Counted from the first letter of the whole stretch, positions 40,840 through 53,737 are shown. The stretch is DNA of 63,998 bases, filler included, from Octopus bimaculoides (GCF_001194135.2; 3 parts of 3 records of this genome joined end to end with filler, not necessarily neighbours in it), one strand, 5' to 3'. Translations and numbers: made by a program. Notes: generated from the letters alone by a model not told the origin.

Positions 40840-41120
40840 ATCGCCGTCATCATTATCATCATCATCATTTAAAGTTTGTTTTCCATGCTGGCATGAGTTG
40901 GATGGTTTGGCCTGAGCTAGCAGGCAGGAGAGCTGCATCGGGTTCCACTTTGATCTGGCTTGCTTTCTATGGTTGGATGCCCTTTTTTAACACCAACTAC
41001 TTTACAGAGTGTAGTGAGTGCTCTTTAAGTGCCGCTAGCATAGGTGCTTATATGGTGCCAGCATGGACACTTTTACATGACGCTGGCACAGATGCTTTTC
41101 ACATGGCACCAGCACAACAG
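40840..41120 (-). mobile_element. V-domain-like SINE with (GAT)n tail; related copies at 43770-43912, 47970-48210, 48805-48905, 50085-50300, 53510-53690 and 55530-55767
   Basis: Shared (CAT)n-tttaa..ttccatgct(g/a)gcatg..ggatgccctt(cc)taa motif. Confidence 0.75.
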
Positions 41121-41162
41121 GGCACAAACAAAAAATGTTGCTGAGATAAAAATAAAGGGAAA

Positions 41163-41305
41163 ATGTGGTAAGTAGCTTGTTTACCAGCCACATAGGTCCA
41201 GGTTCAGTCCCACTGCATGGCACTTTGGGCAAGTGTCTTCTACTATAACCTCGGGCCAACCAAAGCCTTGTGGATTTGGTAGGCAGAAACTGAAAGAAGC
41301 CCATC

Positions 41306-41349
<44 letters not shown>

Positions 41350-41560
41350 GTATGTGTTTGTGTGTCTGTGCTTGTCCCCTACCATCGCTCGACATCCGAT
41401 GGTGGCGTGTCTACATCCCTGTAACTTAGCGGTTCAACAAAAGAAATTGATAGAATAAGTACTAGGCTTACAAAGAATAAGTCCTGGGATCAATTTGTTC
41501 AACAAAAGGTGGTGCTCCAGTATGGCCGAAGTCAAATGACTGGAACAAATAAAAGAATAT
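41163..41560 (+). mobile_element. SINE family B; other copies at 44379-44790, 44843-44968, 48230-48440, 50405-50850, 50855-51235, 54669-55070 and a tail at 19754-19812
   Basis: tRNA-like head (GCTGTGTGGTAAG..GGTTCAGTCCC), CCTTGGGCAAGTGTC core, internal (TA/TG)n, tail GGTGCTCCAGCATGGCCGCAGTCAAATGACTGAAACAAGTAAAAGAG. Confidence 0.85.
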
Positions 41561-41689
41561 ATTGTGGATAACCTGGTGTAAGAGGTATGGCAAACACATG
41601 CGTCATTAAACTGAAATGTATCTATATTTATTCTTGATGGGTCTGGAGGAATGGGCAGCACCCATATCTCTGGAAACCATCTGAGACTG

Positions 41690-42480
41690 ATGATACTGAT
41701 TCTAACAATGTTCTTCGTAATCTTTGTGTGTAAACACCTGTGGGAAAGATGTGATCAGGGAAAGAATTCCAAACAGCCAACATTCTAGGAGAAAAAAAGA
41801 CTGAGCATAATGATGAGTGTGGAACCTGGAAAGGCTGGACAAAATAAGAACGATGAAAGAGAGATAAGTAGGATAGGAATGCTTGAGTGGAAATGGCATT
41901 GGCAGAAGCCCAGGCAACTCCAAGAAGCAGAGGTCATTATAAGAGATATAGAACAGTTTGAAAGAGGAGATAGCAAAACCGTGAACCAGAGGCTGGAGTA
42001 AGTCTGTGACTTTATGCTATTCAATCAGGAGGCTCTTTTCTAGATGTTTGTATGAGCAGCAACAACACCAGCCTGGACATGAGATCAGGATTCCCTTGTG
42101 GGTCTCTCCCAAGCTTAGTAGAGTATCAATAATTGTTGATAGCTGAAGTATTTTCATGCCAAAGAGAAAGGCCAATGATTGGGATGTGTTCCTAGATATA
42201 TTAAGAATGTGCTTTCACCTGGAAAGATCCTCATTCATTGTGAAGCCCAGTAGCTAGAGTGAATTTGAGGACTCAAGTTGAGTGCTGCTCATAATTAAAG
42301 GTGTGTGGTGCAATGATGCTTTCTTGATATGAGAAATGTTTTCTTGATGTTGAAAGAGACAAGCTAGATGTAACCCCATTAAAGGATGCTGGAGTTAGTG
42401 TTGGTTTGGCGTGTGGTGTCTAGGTTGGGAATAGATAAAGCATGGTTGAGGAATATTTAGAAGGTATAAAGAATAATGTT
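41690..42480 (-). mobile_element. Degenerate L2-group LINE, 3' part of RT and C-terminus
   Basis: Minus strand: LVSFNIKKT..LLGFTMNEDLS..LQPLVH..ISSFKLF..SFFPR..LFGNSFP-like remnants, reconstructed across frameshifts. Confidence 0.55.
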
Positions 42481-42559
42481 GTTTGCATAAGAGTGGGCAT
42501 GGTTGGATGTAGCAGTAAGTAAATCATTGACTTATAAAAGGATGAGAGTGAGGTACAAA

Positions 42560-44330
42560 ACTAAACTCTGGGGCTAAGTTGATAGGAAATGTGTGAAATG
42601 ATTGAAAGTTAACAATCCAAGAGATGAAAGATGGATGAGGCTCATGGACAAGCAGTTTCAATAAGAGATTTGTATGTCAAACATGATCAAAATTTTTGCT
42701 GATGTCCTGTATTAAGACAGGTTGAAACAGAATTAATCAATGAGTGACTATTCTATCAGTGGTTCAATAAACTAGTAAAAAAAGGGTGATTGAATAATCA
42801 CTATTCCACATGGTTACACTATCAAGCAAATCCTTAATTAAGCATTATATATCATAGATGTTATGTATGGGAACTCATTTATACAAGTGATTAGTTCTGA
42901 TAGCTGAATCTATAGAGGATTTAGAGGAAATTCCAGGTATAGAAGATATACCTAGAATTGAGAGGCTTCAAGGTAAAGTTAACAAAGACTTAAGTTTAAT
43001 AAGTAAGAAGACTTAGGTTTAGTAAGTAGGTAAGAAGACAAGACAGTATTATCAAGGAAATGGCCTTCCTTGATATACAAGAAAGAACTAGTATAAATTT
43101 CATATGTTGTAACCAATGTAAGATATGGATACAGGACTAACAGAGAAGGTGAGCTTCATCTGTGATAGATGTACTGGAGCAAAATGTTCTGTGAGCAAAC
43201 TCTAGATAGATTCTCCCAAATGCCTGATGACTCTCTAAATGTAATCAAGGTAATTGATAGCTTGTGTACATAGTTTACAGGCAAGTTGATTGCTTTAAAA
43301 GTATAGTGGCCAGTTCAGAAAGTTCTTGCCACTACTGGTAACAGAGGATTATATTTCCCTCAAGTCAAAAGCTTTGATGATGTCCTACATTAAAACAAGT
43401 TGAAACAGATCTAGTCAAGGAATGGCTGCTCTATTGACGGCTCAATAAACTAGTGATTAAATATAATTCCACATGGTTACTCTTTGATGTTTGTGTTAGA
43501 ATTGTGATGTTGTATGTTAGTGAAACACAGGCTTTGAATACAGATGACTCGCAAAGACTAGAAAGAAATAAAGCTAGCATGTTTGAATGGATGTATAAAG
43601 TTTATCAAGTACAAGTTTGAAACTGGAGGTAATTCAAACAGAGAAAAACAAATATTTTCAATTCAAACATTTATGAGAACAAAGTTTGCATTAAATGTAT
43701 TGTAAAGATAGTGCAATCATATTCTTTAAATGAAATTCTTTTTTGGTCATGTGTAAACATCAGCAGCAGCAGCATTATCATCATCATCATCATTTAGAAT
43801 TTGTTTTCCATGCTGGCATGAGTTGGACGGTTTGACCTGAGCTAGCAAGCAGGAGAACTACATCAGATTCCATTCTGATCTAGCTTACTTTCTACGGCTG
43901 GATGCCCTTTTAACTATGATATTTGTGTTAGAATTGTGATGTTGCATGTTAGTGAAACACAGGCCTTGCATACAGAAGACTTGCAAAGACTAGAAAGATA
44001 GCATGTTTGAATGGATGTATAAAGTTAGTACATAAATAACAGAAAGCAAATGACCCAAGAGAGAAACTGGTCATAAGAAGAATTGGGTGTAATGTACAAG
44101 AGTCAGGGAGGCTTTGTTGTATGGGCATGTAATGTGTATGAAGGATGATGACTCGTACAAAAAGTACCATGCATTCTGAGTTTATGGGACCTATAGAAGA
44201 GGGGATAAAGAGTTGAAGGCTGAGCTGAAGAGGCTTCATCTTAAGGAGGAGATAACAAAGACTGTACTAACTGGTGATAAGCAGTGCAACAGAAGACCCA
44301 TCCACCCATGGTAAAATACACACTAACACA
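42560..44330 (+). mobile_element. Degenerate RTE-type LINE interrupted by templated insertions
   Basis: Remnants of WELLYADDLVLIAES, LRGFKVKLTKT and CVRIVMLYVSET, and an RTE-like 3' end. Confidence 0.6.
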
Positions 44331-44789
44331 AGAGTAATGTTTAAAAAACTGTATCATATATATATATATATATAAATAAGAGTAGCTGTGTGGTAAGAAG
44401 CTTGGTTCCCAACCACATAGTTCTAGGTTCCAGGTTCAGTCCCACTGTGTGACACCTTGGGCAAGTGTCCTCTATCATAGCCTTGGGGTGACCAAAGCCT
44501 TGTGAGTGAATTTGATAGACAGAAACTGAAAGAAGCTCATCGTATGTGCATGTGTATGTGTGTGTGTATTTATGTGTGTGTCTTTGTGTCTGTGTTTGTC
44601 CCCCCACCATCACTTGACAACCGATGTTGGTGCGTTTATGTCCCCGTAACTTAGTGGTTCAGCAAAAGCAACAGAATAAGTACCAAACTTACAAAGAATA
44701 AATCCTGGGGTCAAATTTCTTTGACTAAAAGGCGGTGCTCCAGCATGGTTACAGTCAAATGACTGAAACAAATAAAAGAGAGTAAAGAG

Positions 44790-44826
<37 letters not shown>

Positions 44827-44989
44827 ATATATATATATAAACAGGTGCAGGTATGGCTGTGTGGTAAGAAGCTTGCTTCCCAACCACATGGTTCTTGGTT
44901 CAGTCCCACTGCATGGCACCTTGAGCAAGTGTCTTCTACAATAGCCTTGGGCTGAACAAAGCTTTGTGAGGTGACTTGCAAGATGGGAA

Positions 44990-45235
44990 CATGACTCAGT
45001 AGTTAGAGCAGCAGGTTCACAATTATGAGATAATGAGTTTGATTCCCAGACAAGGTTGTGTGTTGTGTTCTTGAGCAAGACACTTTATTTCACAATTGCT
45101 CCAGTTCACTCAACTGTAGAAATGAGTTGCGACATCATTGGTGCCAAGCTGTATCAGCCTTTGCCTTTCCCTTGGATAATGTCAGTGACATGAAGAGGAG
45201 AGGCTGGTATACATGAGCGACTACTGGTCTTCCAT
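44990..45235 (+). mobile_element. tRNA-derived SINE, family C-like head
   Basis: gactcagtagttagagc..gtttgattcccagac..tgtgttcttgagcaagacacttt. Confidence 0.65.
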
Positions 45236-46069
45236 ANNNNNNNNNNNNNNNNNNNNNNNNNNNNNNNNNNNNNNNNNNNNNNNNNNNNNNNNNNNNNNNN
45301 NNNNNNNNNNNNNNNNNNNNNNNNNNNNNNNNNNNNNNNNNNNNNNNNNNNNNNNNNNNNNNNNNNNNNNNNNNNNNNNNNNNNNNNNNNNNNNNNNNNN
45401 NNNNNNNNNNNNNNNNNNNNNNNNNNNNNNNNNNNNNNNNNNNNNNNNNNNNNNNNNNNNNNNNNNNNNNNNNNNNNNNNNNNNNNNNNNNNNNNNNNNN
45501 NNNNNNNNNNNNNNNNNNNNNNNNNNNNNNNNNNNNNNNNNNNNNNNNNNNNNNNNNNNNNNNNNNNNNNNNNNNNNNNNNNNNNNNNNNNNNNNNNNNN
45601 NNNNNNNNNNNNNNNNNNNNNNNNNNNNNNNNNNNNNNNNNNNNNNNNNNNNNNNNNNNNNNNNNNNNNNNNNNNNNNNNNNNNNNNNNNNNNNNNNNNN
45701 NNNNNNNNNNNNNNNNNNNNNNNNNNNNNNNNNNNNNNNNNNNNNNNNNNNNNNNNNNNNNNNNNNNNNNNNNNNNNNNNNNNNNNNNNNNNNNNNNNNN
45801 NNNNNNNNNNNNNNNNNNNNNNNNNNNNNNNNNNNNNNNNNNNNNNNNNNNNNNNNNNNNNNNNNNNNNNNNNNNNNNNNNNNNNNNNNNNNNNNNNNNN
45901 NNNNNNNNNNNNNNNNNNNNNNNNNNNNNNNNNNNNNNNNNNNNNNNNNNNNNNNNNNNNNNNNNNNNNNNNNNNNNNNNNNNNNNNNNNNNNNNNNNNN
46001 NNNNNNNNNNNNNNNNNNNNNNNNNNNNNNNNNNNNNNNNNNNNNNNCCTCATTACATGAGAAAAGTCA

Positions 46070-46728
46070 TTGCCAAGAAGACTTATTGAAATGATTCATG
46101 ATTGTTGCCATGTGATGCTCTTATATGACTTTTAAGCCCAGTCAAGCTTTTACACATTTTATTACATACTAGACAACTGTGCTGGCTGGCAGGAGAAACA
46201 GGTGTCACTATATGCACTCTCTTAACATGTCTTTTTAAACCTCCAACTGAGAGGCACACCCTTCCACATTTTACACATGGCCTTTTATGAATTTTAATAG
46301 TCACATCATTGTTTATCATGGGTTGATTTCTATGAGAATTTTGATGGCTCACCAGGCCTGCGCGACTCAAACACCTTCGCCCACAAACCACGCACATAAA
46401 AAGCAACACTCTCTCACTTTCCACAGGTTCCCCGCTTCAAGCTCCCTTCCAATTCTCTCATACTTCACTCTCTCCCTCTCAAACCTTGAACAACCATCAT
46501 GCACTATCTTCGTCCATCCATCACAATCTTGTGCCTCCCTCTCCCAATTACCAGCTGCAGTTCCTGTCTGTATTAGAGCATTTTTAAGGCAATCCTTAAA
46601 CCTTAGTTTAGGCTTTTGTGTTGGTCTCCTGCCATCTTCCAGCTCACCATACAATAGCCCCAAACGTCTTTGCAAAATCATTGACTCTATACTTCCACTG
46701 CCACTCCTCTCAAGCACCTCCACATTAC
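46070..46728 (-). mobile_element. RTE (BovB-like) LINE 3' segment with three C2H2 zinc fingers
   Basis: EVLERS..SIESM..LLYGELEDGRR..PKLRFKDCLK..WE..A.D..W..FE, then (frameshifted) CVVC..HQNSH, CVKC..HVKRVH and CLVC..HIRASH. Confidence 0.85.
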
Positions 46729-47532
46729 TCTCTCTTGAAAAAAGTTTATGGAAGGTTTCGCCACTTCAGAGCAAGGATGGCACAGAATTATTAACAAATC
46801 CTGAAGATATTGTTGGGAGATGGAAAGAACATTTTGATGAGTTGTTCAATAGACCCACTGAAGTTGATCTCTCTTTTCTTGATAATATACCAGAGAGACC
46901 AATAAAACATCTTATAGCAGAATTTCCAAACCTGGCTGAAATAAAAGCAGTAATGAGGTAATTGAACAATGGAAAGGACCCTGGTATGGATGGATTAGGA
47001 GCAGAGATATATAAATATGATGGTGATCATCGTTGTGCAATGTTGATGGATGTGATTCAGAGGGTTTGGTAAAGTGAAAAGGTTCCTCCAGATTGGTGTG
47101 ATGAAACTATGGAGATACTATATAAATCTAAAGGTGGAAAGGACGTCTGTGATAATTATCACGACATCTGTCTATTAGCTGTTGCAGGAAAGGTCCTCTG
47201 TAGGGTAATGCTGGATAGATTGCTTCTGCACATTGCTGGTGAGGTTCTACCAGAATCACAATGTGGGTTTAGGGATAGTAGGAGTACTATGGATATGATA
47301 TTTTCGGCTAGACAGTTGCAAGAGAAATGCATCAAACAGGATATGGACTTATACCAGATTTTCATTGACCTAACAAAAGCATTTGATTCTATCAATAGAA
47401 TTGCACTTTGGGAGATCCTAAAAAGGCTAGAATGCCCTGAAAAATGAGTTAATGTTGGAGGTACCTTATCAAATCCAATTTCTGTAGAAAATGGTGTAAA
47501 GTAAGGTGATATTCCTGCTTCTACACTGTTTG
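46729..47532 (+). mobile_element. RTE LINE, pre-RT and RT N-terminal segment, inverted relative to the 3' segment
   Basis: SPLQSKDG..RWKEHFDELFN..GKDPGMDG..NYHDICLLAVAGKVL..PESQCGFR..FIDLTKAFDSINR..GVK*GD; runs into a gap. Confidence 0.9.
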
Positions 47533-47769
47533 NNNNNNNNNNNNNNNNNNNNNNNNNNNNNNNNNNNNNNNNNNNNNNNNNNNNNNNNNNNNNNNNNNNN
47601 NNNNNNNNNNNNNNNNNNNNNNNNNNNNNNNNNNNNNNNNNNNNNNNNNNNNNNNNNNNNNNNNNNNNNNNNNNNNNNNNNNNNNNNNNNNNNNNNNNNN
47701 NNNNNNNNNNNNNNNNNNNNNNNNNNNNNNNNNNNNNNNNNNNNNNNNNNNNNNNNNNNNNNNNNNNGT

Positions 47770-47950
47770 ATATGTGTGTTTTTTTATCTCCTTGTTTCTT
47801 TCTGTGTTCTTTTCTGTGAAAGAGCGTAGGCTCGAAACGTTAAAGACTTTTTCAATTCCCGAGCGTTATACTAAAACATCTATTTGTTTTCGTCTGTTGT
47901 TTTTTGTGAATTCGTCTTCGTCTGTTATTTTTTTTTGAGAATTCTCCCTA
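47770..47950 (+). mobile_element. Penelope-like terminal remnant with hammerhead-like motif; related copy at 55120-55275
   Basis: CTGTGAAA-GAGC-gtag-GCTC-GAAACGTTAAAG at 47813-47845; ctattgaa-gagc-gtag-gctt-gaaacataaaag at 55147-55178. Confidence 0.5.
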
Positions 47951-48914
47951 TATATATGTGTGTACATATATCATCATCATCATCATCGTCGTTTAATGTC
48001 CGCTTTCCATGCTAGCATGGGTTGGACGATTTGACTGAGGACTGGTGAAACCAGATGGCTACACCAGGCTCCAATCTGATTTGGCAGAGTTTCTACAGCT
48101 GGGATGCCCTTCCTAACGCCAACCACTCCGAGAGTGTAGTGGGTGTTTTTACGTGCCACCAGCATGAAGGCCAGTCAGACAGTACTGGCAACGGCCACGC
48201 TCAAAATGGTGTATATATATATATATGCATTTGTGTGTCTGTGTTTGTCCCCCACCAACGCTTGACAACCAATGTTGGTGTGTTTAATTCTCCAGAACCT
48301 AGCAGTTCAGCAAAAGAGACTGATAGAATAAGTACTAGGCTTACAAAGAATAAGTCTCGGGGTCACTTTGTTCGATCAATGGTAGTGCTCCAGCATGGCT
48401 GCAGTCAAATGACTGAAACAAATAAAAGAATAAAAGAATATATATACAATGAATTTATAATAAAGAAGTAATTAACTGCTGAATAAAACTATAAAACTGG
48501 ATAAACATCTTTATTCCTCTTTGTTATAAATTCATTATTTTCTCTCCTGGAAAAATGCAGTCTCCATAGAGACATATGGATTTACCAACGTGAAGATAGA
48601 CTGAGGTTAGTAAATCAAACTAACTGGAGTTTTTTATACACTCACAGACGTTTGCCAGCATTAATAACCGGTACTTGCGACTACAGTACCCACTTGGATT
48701 TTATATCCCTACCAACCATAATTTAGAAACTTATCTTTATATGCATAGATATATATAGAGAGAGAGTGGGGGAAGATAGATAGATAGAGTAAAAAATATA
48801 TATATATTGTCATCATCATCATTTAATCTCCAGGTTCTATGCAGGTATTGGTTGGACAGTTTGACAAGATCCAGTAGGTACAAGGACTGCTTCGTGCTGG
48901 AATTTTGCAGTATT

Positions 48915-49684
48915 ATTTTACCTACTTAGTTTTACATGTTTACACTTTTATCACCTTCTAAGTATTCCCCATTTGAAGCAATGCATCAGTCCAGGCGTGT
49001 TTTCCACTGTTTGAAGCAGTTCTGGAACTCTTGTGAAGTGATGCCTTTTAACACCTCTGTCGCTTTTTTCTTCATTTCTTCCACATCTGCAAATTCTATA
49101 GCACCAGCTTTTGTCACCAGAGATGACCTTCAAAAAGAGGTCTGAATCAACTTCCAACTGTTCTTTCAGTTCATGACATGCATTCAGTCATGATTGCTTA
49201 TGATCTTCCATCAGCAAGCAAAGCACAAATTTTGCTGCATCTCTTTTCATTCGCAATCTCTCACTCAAAATTCATTGCAAGAACTCCAAGACACACCAGT
49301 TGTATAAGCAAGTTCATCAGTTGTTTGGTGACAATCCTCCAAGATCAGTTCAAGAATTCTTATGCTGTTTATATTCATTCAGGAGGTCAATGGCCGCCCG
49401 AACATGGTTGGTCTTCAAGCGACAAGTGAACATTCCTAAAGTGTGAAAACCACTTGTAAACTTATGTTTTGCTGATGGCAGCTTCCTTCTAAGCTGTCAA
49501 CTGCTTCAGGGAGAAGCACTGCAAAACAAAGACACACCACATGGCAGTATGTCTCCAGTGGATGCGACTGGTCAACAGACTGATGCCTGCAGATTGCATC
49601 AAGTGGCTTCTAGCAGTGGAAGCCTGAACTACAATGGGCTTGTCCCATGAAGAGCATTTCCAGTTACTTTTGGGTACCTCCTCA
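48915..49684 (-). mobile_element. Internally deleted mariner transposon
   Basis: End TA-TGAGGAGGTACCCAAAAGTAACTGG. Minus strand FLKVISGDKSWCY is joined directly to C-terminal ADVEEMKKKATEVLKGITSQEFQNCFKQWK..CIASNGEY, so the catalytic core is missing. Confidence 0.8.
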
Positions 49685-49730
49685 TATATATATATATATA
49701 TACTTTCCTTCATATTTATTCATATTTGAT

Positions 49731-49765
<35 letters not shown>

Positions 49766-51259
49766 TACTTAATATTATTGTTATTATTTTTGATTATTAG
49801 TATTATTATTTTATCATAATGGCCTGCTACTATTTATACCTGTGATTCACAACTGATCTATTAACTTACTTCATATGTATGTCTTCTCCTCCTTCTCCTC
49901 TTTTTCTTCTTCTTGTATTTAATATTATTGTTGCCTTGGTTTCATCCTTTCTATTTCATCATTTTTATTCTTATTTTATATTTATTGTTTCCTCCCTATA
50001 TAAGCAACATATCTCCAGACAATAATCCTACCCCATTTCTTAATGGCATGTCAGTTTTGGAGAATTTCTTTTAATCTTGAGATTATCTCATCATCATCAT
50101 TGTTTAACATTCGCCCTCCCTACTGGCATGGGTTAGATGGTTTGACAGGAGCTGGCCAGGAAGAAGACTGCACCAGACTTCATTGTCTGTTTTGGCATAG
50201 TTTTTACAGTTGGATGCCCTTCCTAACACCAACCACTCTGCAGAGTGGACTCGGTACTTTTTACGTGGCACCAGCACAGGTGAGGCCAGCTTTGGCATGG
50301 TCTTAAGGAGCCAGTCATGATTGCCATTTGATAAGTATAAAACACCCACTGGAAGCTGAGATGATTTTAATAAATCAAGAATTATTGCTGTAAGGTATTT
50401 ATATATAGGCACAGGAGTGGCTGTGTGGTAAGTAGCTTGCTTACCAACCACATGGTTCTAGGTTCAGTCCCACTGCATGGTACCTTGGGCAAGTGTCTTC
50501 TACTATAGCCTCGGGCCGACCAAAGCCTTGTGTGTGGATTTGGTAGATGGAAACTGAAAGAAGCCCGTCGTATATATGTATATATATATATATATGTGTG
50601 TGTTTGTGTATATATGTGTGTATTTGTCCCACTAGCATTGCTTGACAACCGATGCTGGTGTCTTTACGTCCCCGTAACATAGGGGTTCGNNNNNNNNNNN
50701 NNNNNNNNNNNNNNNNNNNNNNNNNNNNNNNNNNNAGAATAAGTACTAGGCTTCCAAAGAATAAGTCCTGGGATCGATTTGCTTGACTAAAGGTGGTGCT
50801 CTAGCATGGCCGCAGTCAAATGACTGAAACAAGTAAAAGAGTATAAGAGTAAAGAGAGAGTAATATGGTTGTGTGGTAAGTAGCTTGCTTCCCAACCACA
50901 CGGTTCCGGGTTCATTCCTACTGCCTGACACCTCGGGCAAGTGTCTTCTACTATAGCCTCAGGCTGACCAAAGCCTTGTGAGTGGATTTGGTAGATGGAA
51001 ACTGAAAGAAGCCCATTGTATATGTATTTGAGCATCTGTGTTTGTCAAAACTATTGCTTGACAACCAATTATGGTGTGTTTACATCCCTGTAACTTAGCG
51101 GTTCAGCAAAAGAGACCAATAGAATAAGTACTAGGCTTAAGTCCTGGAGTTGATTTCTTCGACTAAAGTGGGTGCTCCAGCATGACCACAGTCAAATGAC
51201 TAAAACGAATAAAAGAGTAAAAGAGTAAAAGAGTATACCAATATTTGTGTATATTTATA

Positions 51260-51309
<50 letters not shown>

Positions 51310-51929
51310 CACACACATTCATGCACACACACGCACATAGTATATGTGCGTGTGTGAATTAGTGGATAAGAAGTGGATGTGACTGAATTATTCTTTCCCT
51401 ACCCTCCTTATCCTTTTTCCGCATGTCATAATGATCAGAGTGTCATATAAAAGGATTTTTTTCTGTCTCTATGTTCCGTTTCCTCTCAAAGATTCTTTGT
51501 AAAGTTGTTCACATTCCTTCTATTTCCTTTTCATCTTGACCGTTTTCCCCTCATACAAAAAACTACTTACGTCTTCTTCCCCCTTTCTCTTTCTATTTTA
51601 ACCAAATTATTTATCCATCAGCATCATTTGATATTTCTTAATCCTTCCAATAAAAAGGTCCTGGAAGCAATGTTAGACTTCTCTTCTATCACACACGATG
51701 AAATGTATTCCTCTGATCAACTCGTTGCACTAGTTTTCTGCCCTAGCAGCATCACTAGTTTCCTTGCATTCTGCTGTTTTGCTATAATTTAAATTCTTAT
51801 AGTCTTGAATTTACTTCAAATTTTGAACACTTTAACCATTGTTAAAATTTCAAGCTGCACTCAGAAACAACAGTTTCTGATACCAATAGGAATACTGTTC
51901 ATTCATTCATGTTAATGTTGAACATTGCT

Positions 51930-52125
51930 AAGGCAGTGAGCTAGTAGAATGCATTGCTAGTAGAATGCTTTTTTTACCTTTTGATTTCAAATTCCACACA
52001 GGTTGACTTCGCGTTTCAACCTTTGAGGATCAATCAAATATGTACCAGTAAAGTATTGGAGTCGATGTAATAAACTAGGAACCTTCCCCAAAATTTCAAG
52101 CATTATGCCAAAAATTTGAAACCGA
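51930..52125 (+). mobile_element. SINE family A, decayed
   Basis: aaggcagtgagctagtagaat..ttcaaattccacacagg..aaaatttgaaacc. Confidence 0.65.
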
Positions 52126-53737
52126 TATTAAGTATTGCTAACGAAATGTATAAAAATAGGTCAGTGTCACCTATATTTCACTTTTTTTTTTATGAAAGCT
52201 ATAGATATCTTCAAAGAAAATTAAGTCACAATGAAAAAAGTTCGATTTTAAATAGGAAAAAAATTATCGCAGAAAATATAGATTTTATAAATAGTACGTA
52301 CTTTAATTGAGCTCATTTTTTGGTATCATAAGAATTCCAGAATTTAGTTCAAGTGTCAGCATTTTTAACACTCATCTGAATTCTTTGGTCTGCCTTTCTT
52401 TTTAAAAAAAAAAAAAAAAACGGAAAGCATTTTCTGACGAAAATCTGAGATTCAGAATCACAAAAACAAAATTATTTATAAAAATTTTCATTCCTAAAAT
52501 CAGAAACTGATTAGAATTTGAGAACAGAGAGTAGGTAAATATCTTTAGTTTGAATTTGATTTGTCTAAAATATATTTTGTCTATGTTAGTAGATTTTTTA
52601 CGTCCTTAATAATTTGAAACAGAAACAACATCCTTCAATATATTCAGAAAGATTAAACAAAATATATATGTACCCTTAATTATACAAAAAAAAAACAATA
52701 GTAACCATCTAACCCTATATCCTATCTTTAAAAAAATATATTTACATTAAAAAATTTTGAAATTGTAGAGAAGAAATTTTCTGTTGTGCATATTCTCACT
52801 CTAGTGTTCAAAACATACAAATTTCTATGCCTTGAAAAAGGGCATAATAAAAATATTAGAGAAAGCTTTTTAAAAAAAGCAATACTTACAGAGATAAATA
52901 ATACAGTTCTGGTGTTATTTTGAAAAACTATATAATTATTGGAAACTTGTACAGAACCATGAAATACATAATTTCTTTTCAAATTGTATTTCTCAGAATA
53001 TTTTAATTGCTGGGGGTGTCGGAACTTCACAATAATTTAAAATGAAGCCTTAAGTAAGATCAACTTTGAAAACTACATACTTTGTTATACACATAACACT
53101 TATTCTGTCTTGAGAGTCATTATCCATTTAAAGCACTACAGAAACAATAGTATACAAATTTTCCATGAGAAAATATTGGTTTATTTCTCTTTGCCTTTCC
53201 ATTCTGATTAAAATAATTGAAAGTGTGCTGAAAGTATGCAGCAAACATTTAAACAATCTTAAGTATAGAACAAAATCGAAAACATTATCTGTCTATAATA
53301 TTATTTTGCTATTTGTTAAAGCATTGCAAACATTGGTGAAAATATTGGCAGTATTTTAACAAATTTATTATACTGTACTATATACTTATCTTTGTAAACA
53401 TAAAAAGTACATGTAGCTAAGCTTGAATACATAGCCCCTATAAAAAGAATACAATAGTTGTCCCACTAAGCAGTAGGTTATAAAAAAATACATCAGTACT
53501 AAATATATCTATATGCTGGCATGGATTGGATGATTTCATAGGAAGCGATGTACTCAAAGACTGCATAGAGCTCCAATGTCTGCTTAAGCATGGTTTTTTT
53601 ATGACTGGATGCCCTTCCTAATGCTAACCAATATACAGCATGGACTGGATGCTTCTTTTTTCATGCCACTTGCACTATTGAGGTTGTCACACAGTTCACA
53701 GAACTACATGCTCAAGGATAGAGGAGAGTAGGTTCAT

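Noticed and set aside
46083-46424. Stand-alone host C2H2 zinc-finger gene
   Set aside because: It follows directly on RTE C-terminal motifs, lacks TGEKP linkers and has no visible gene structure; best read as part of the LINE.
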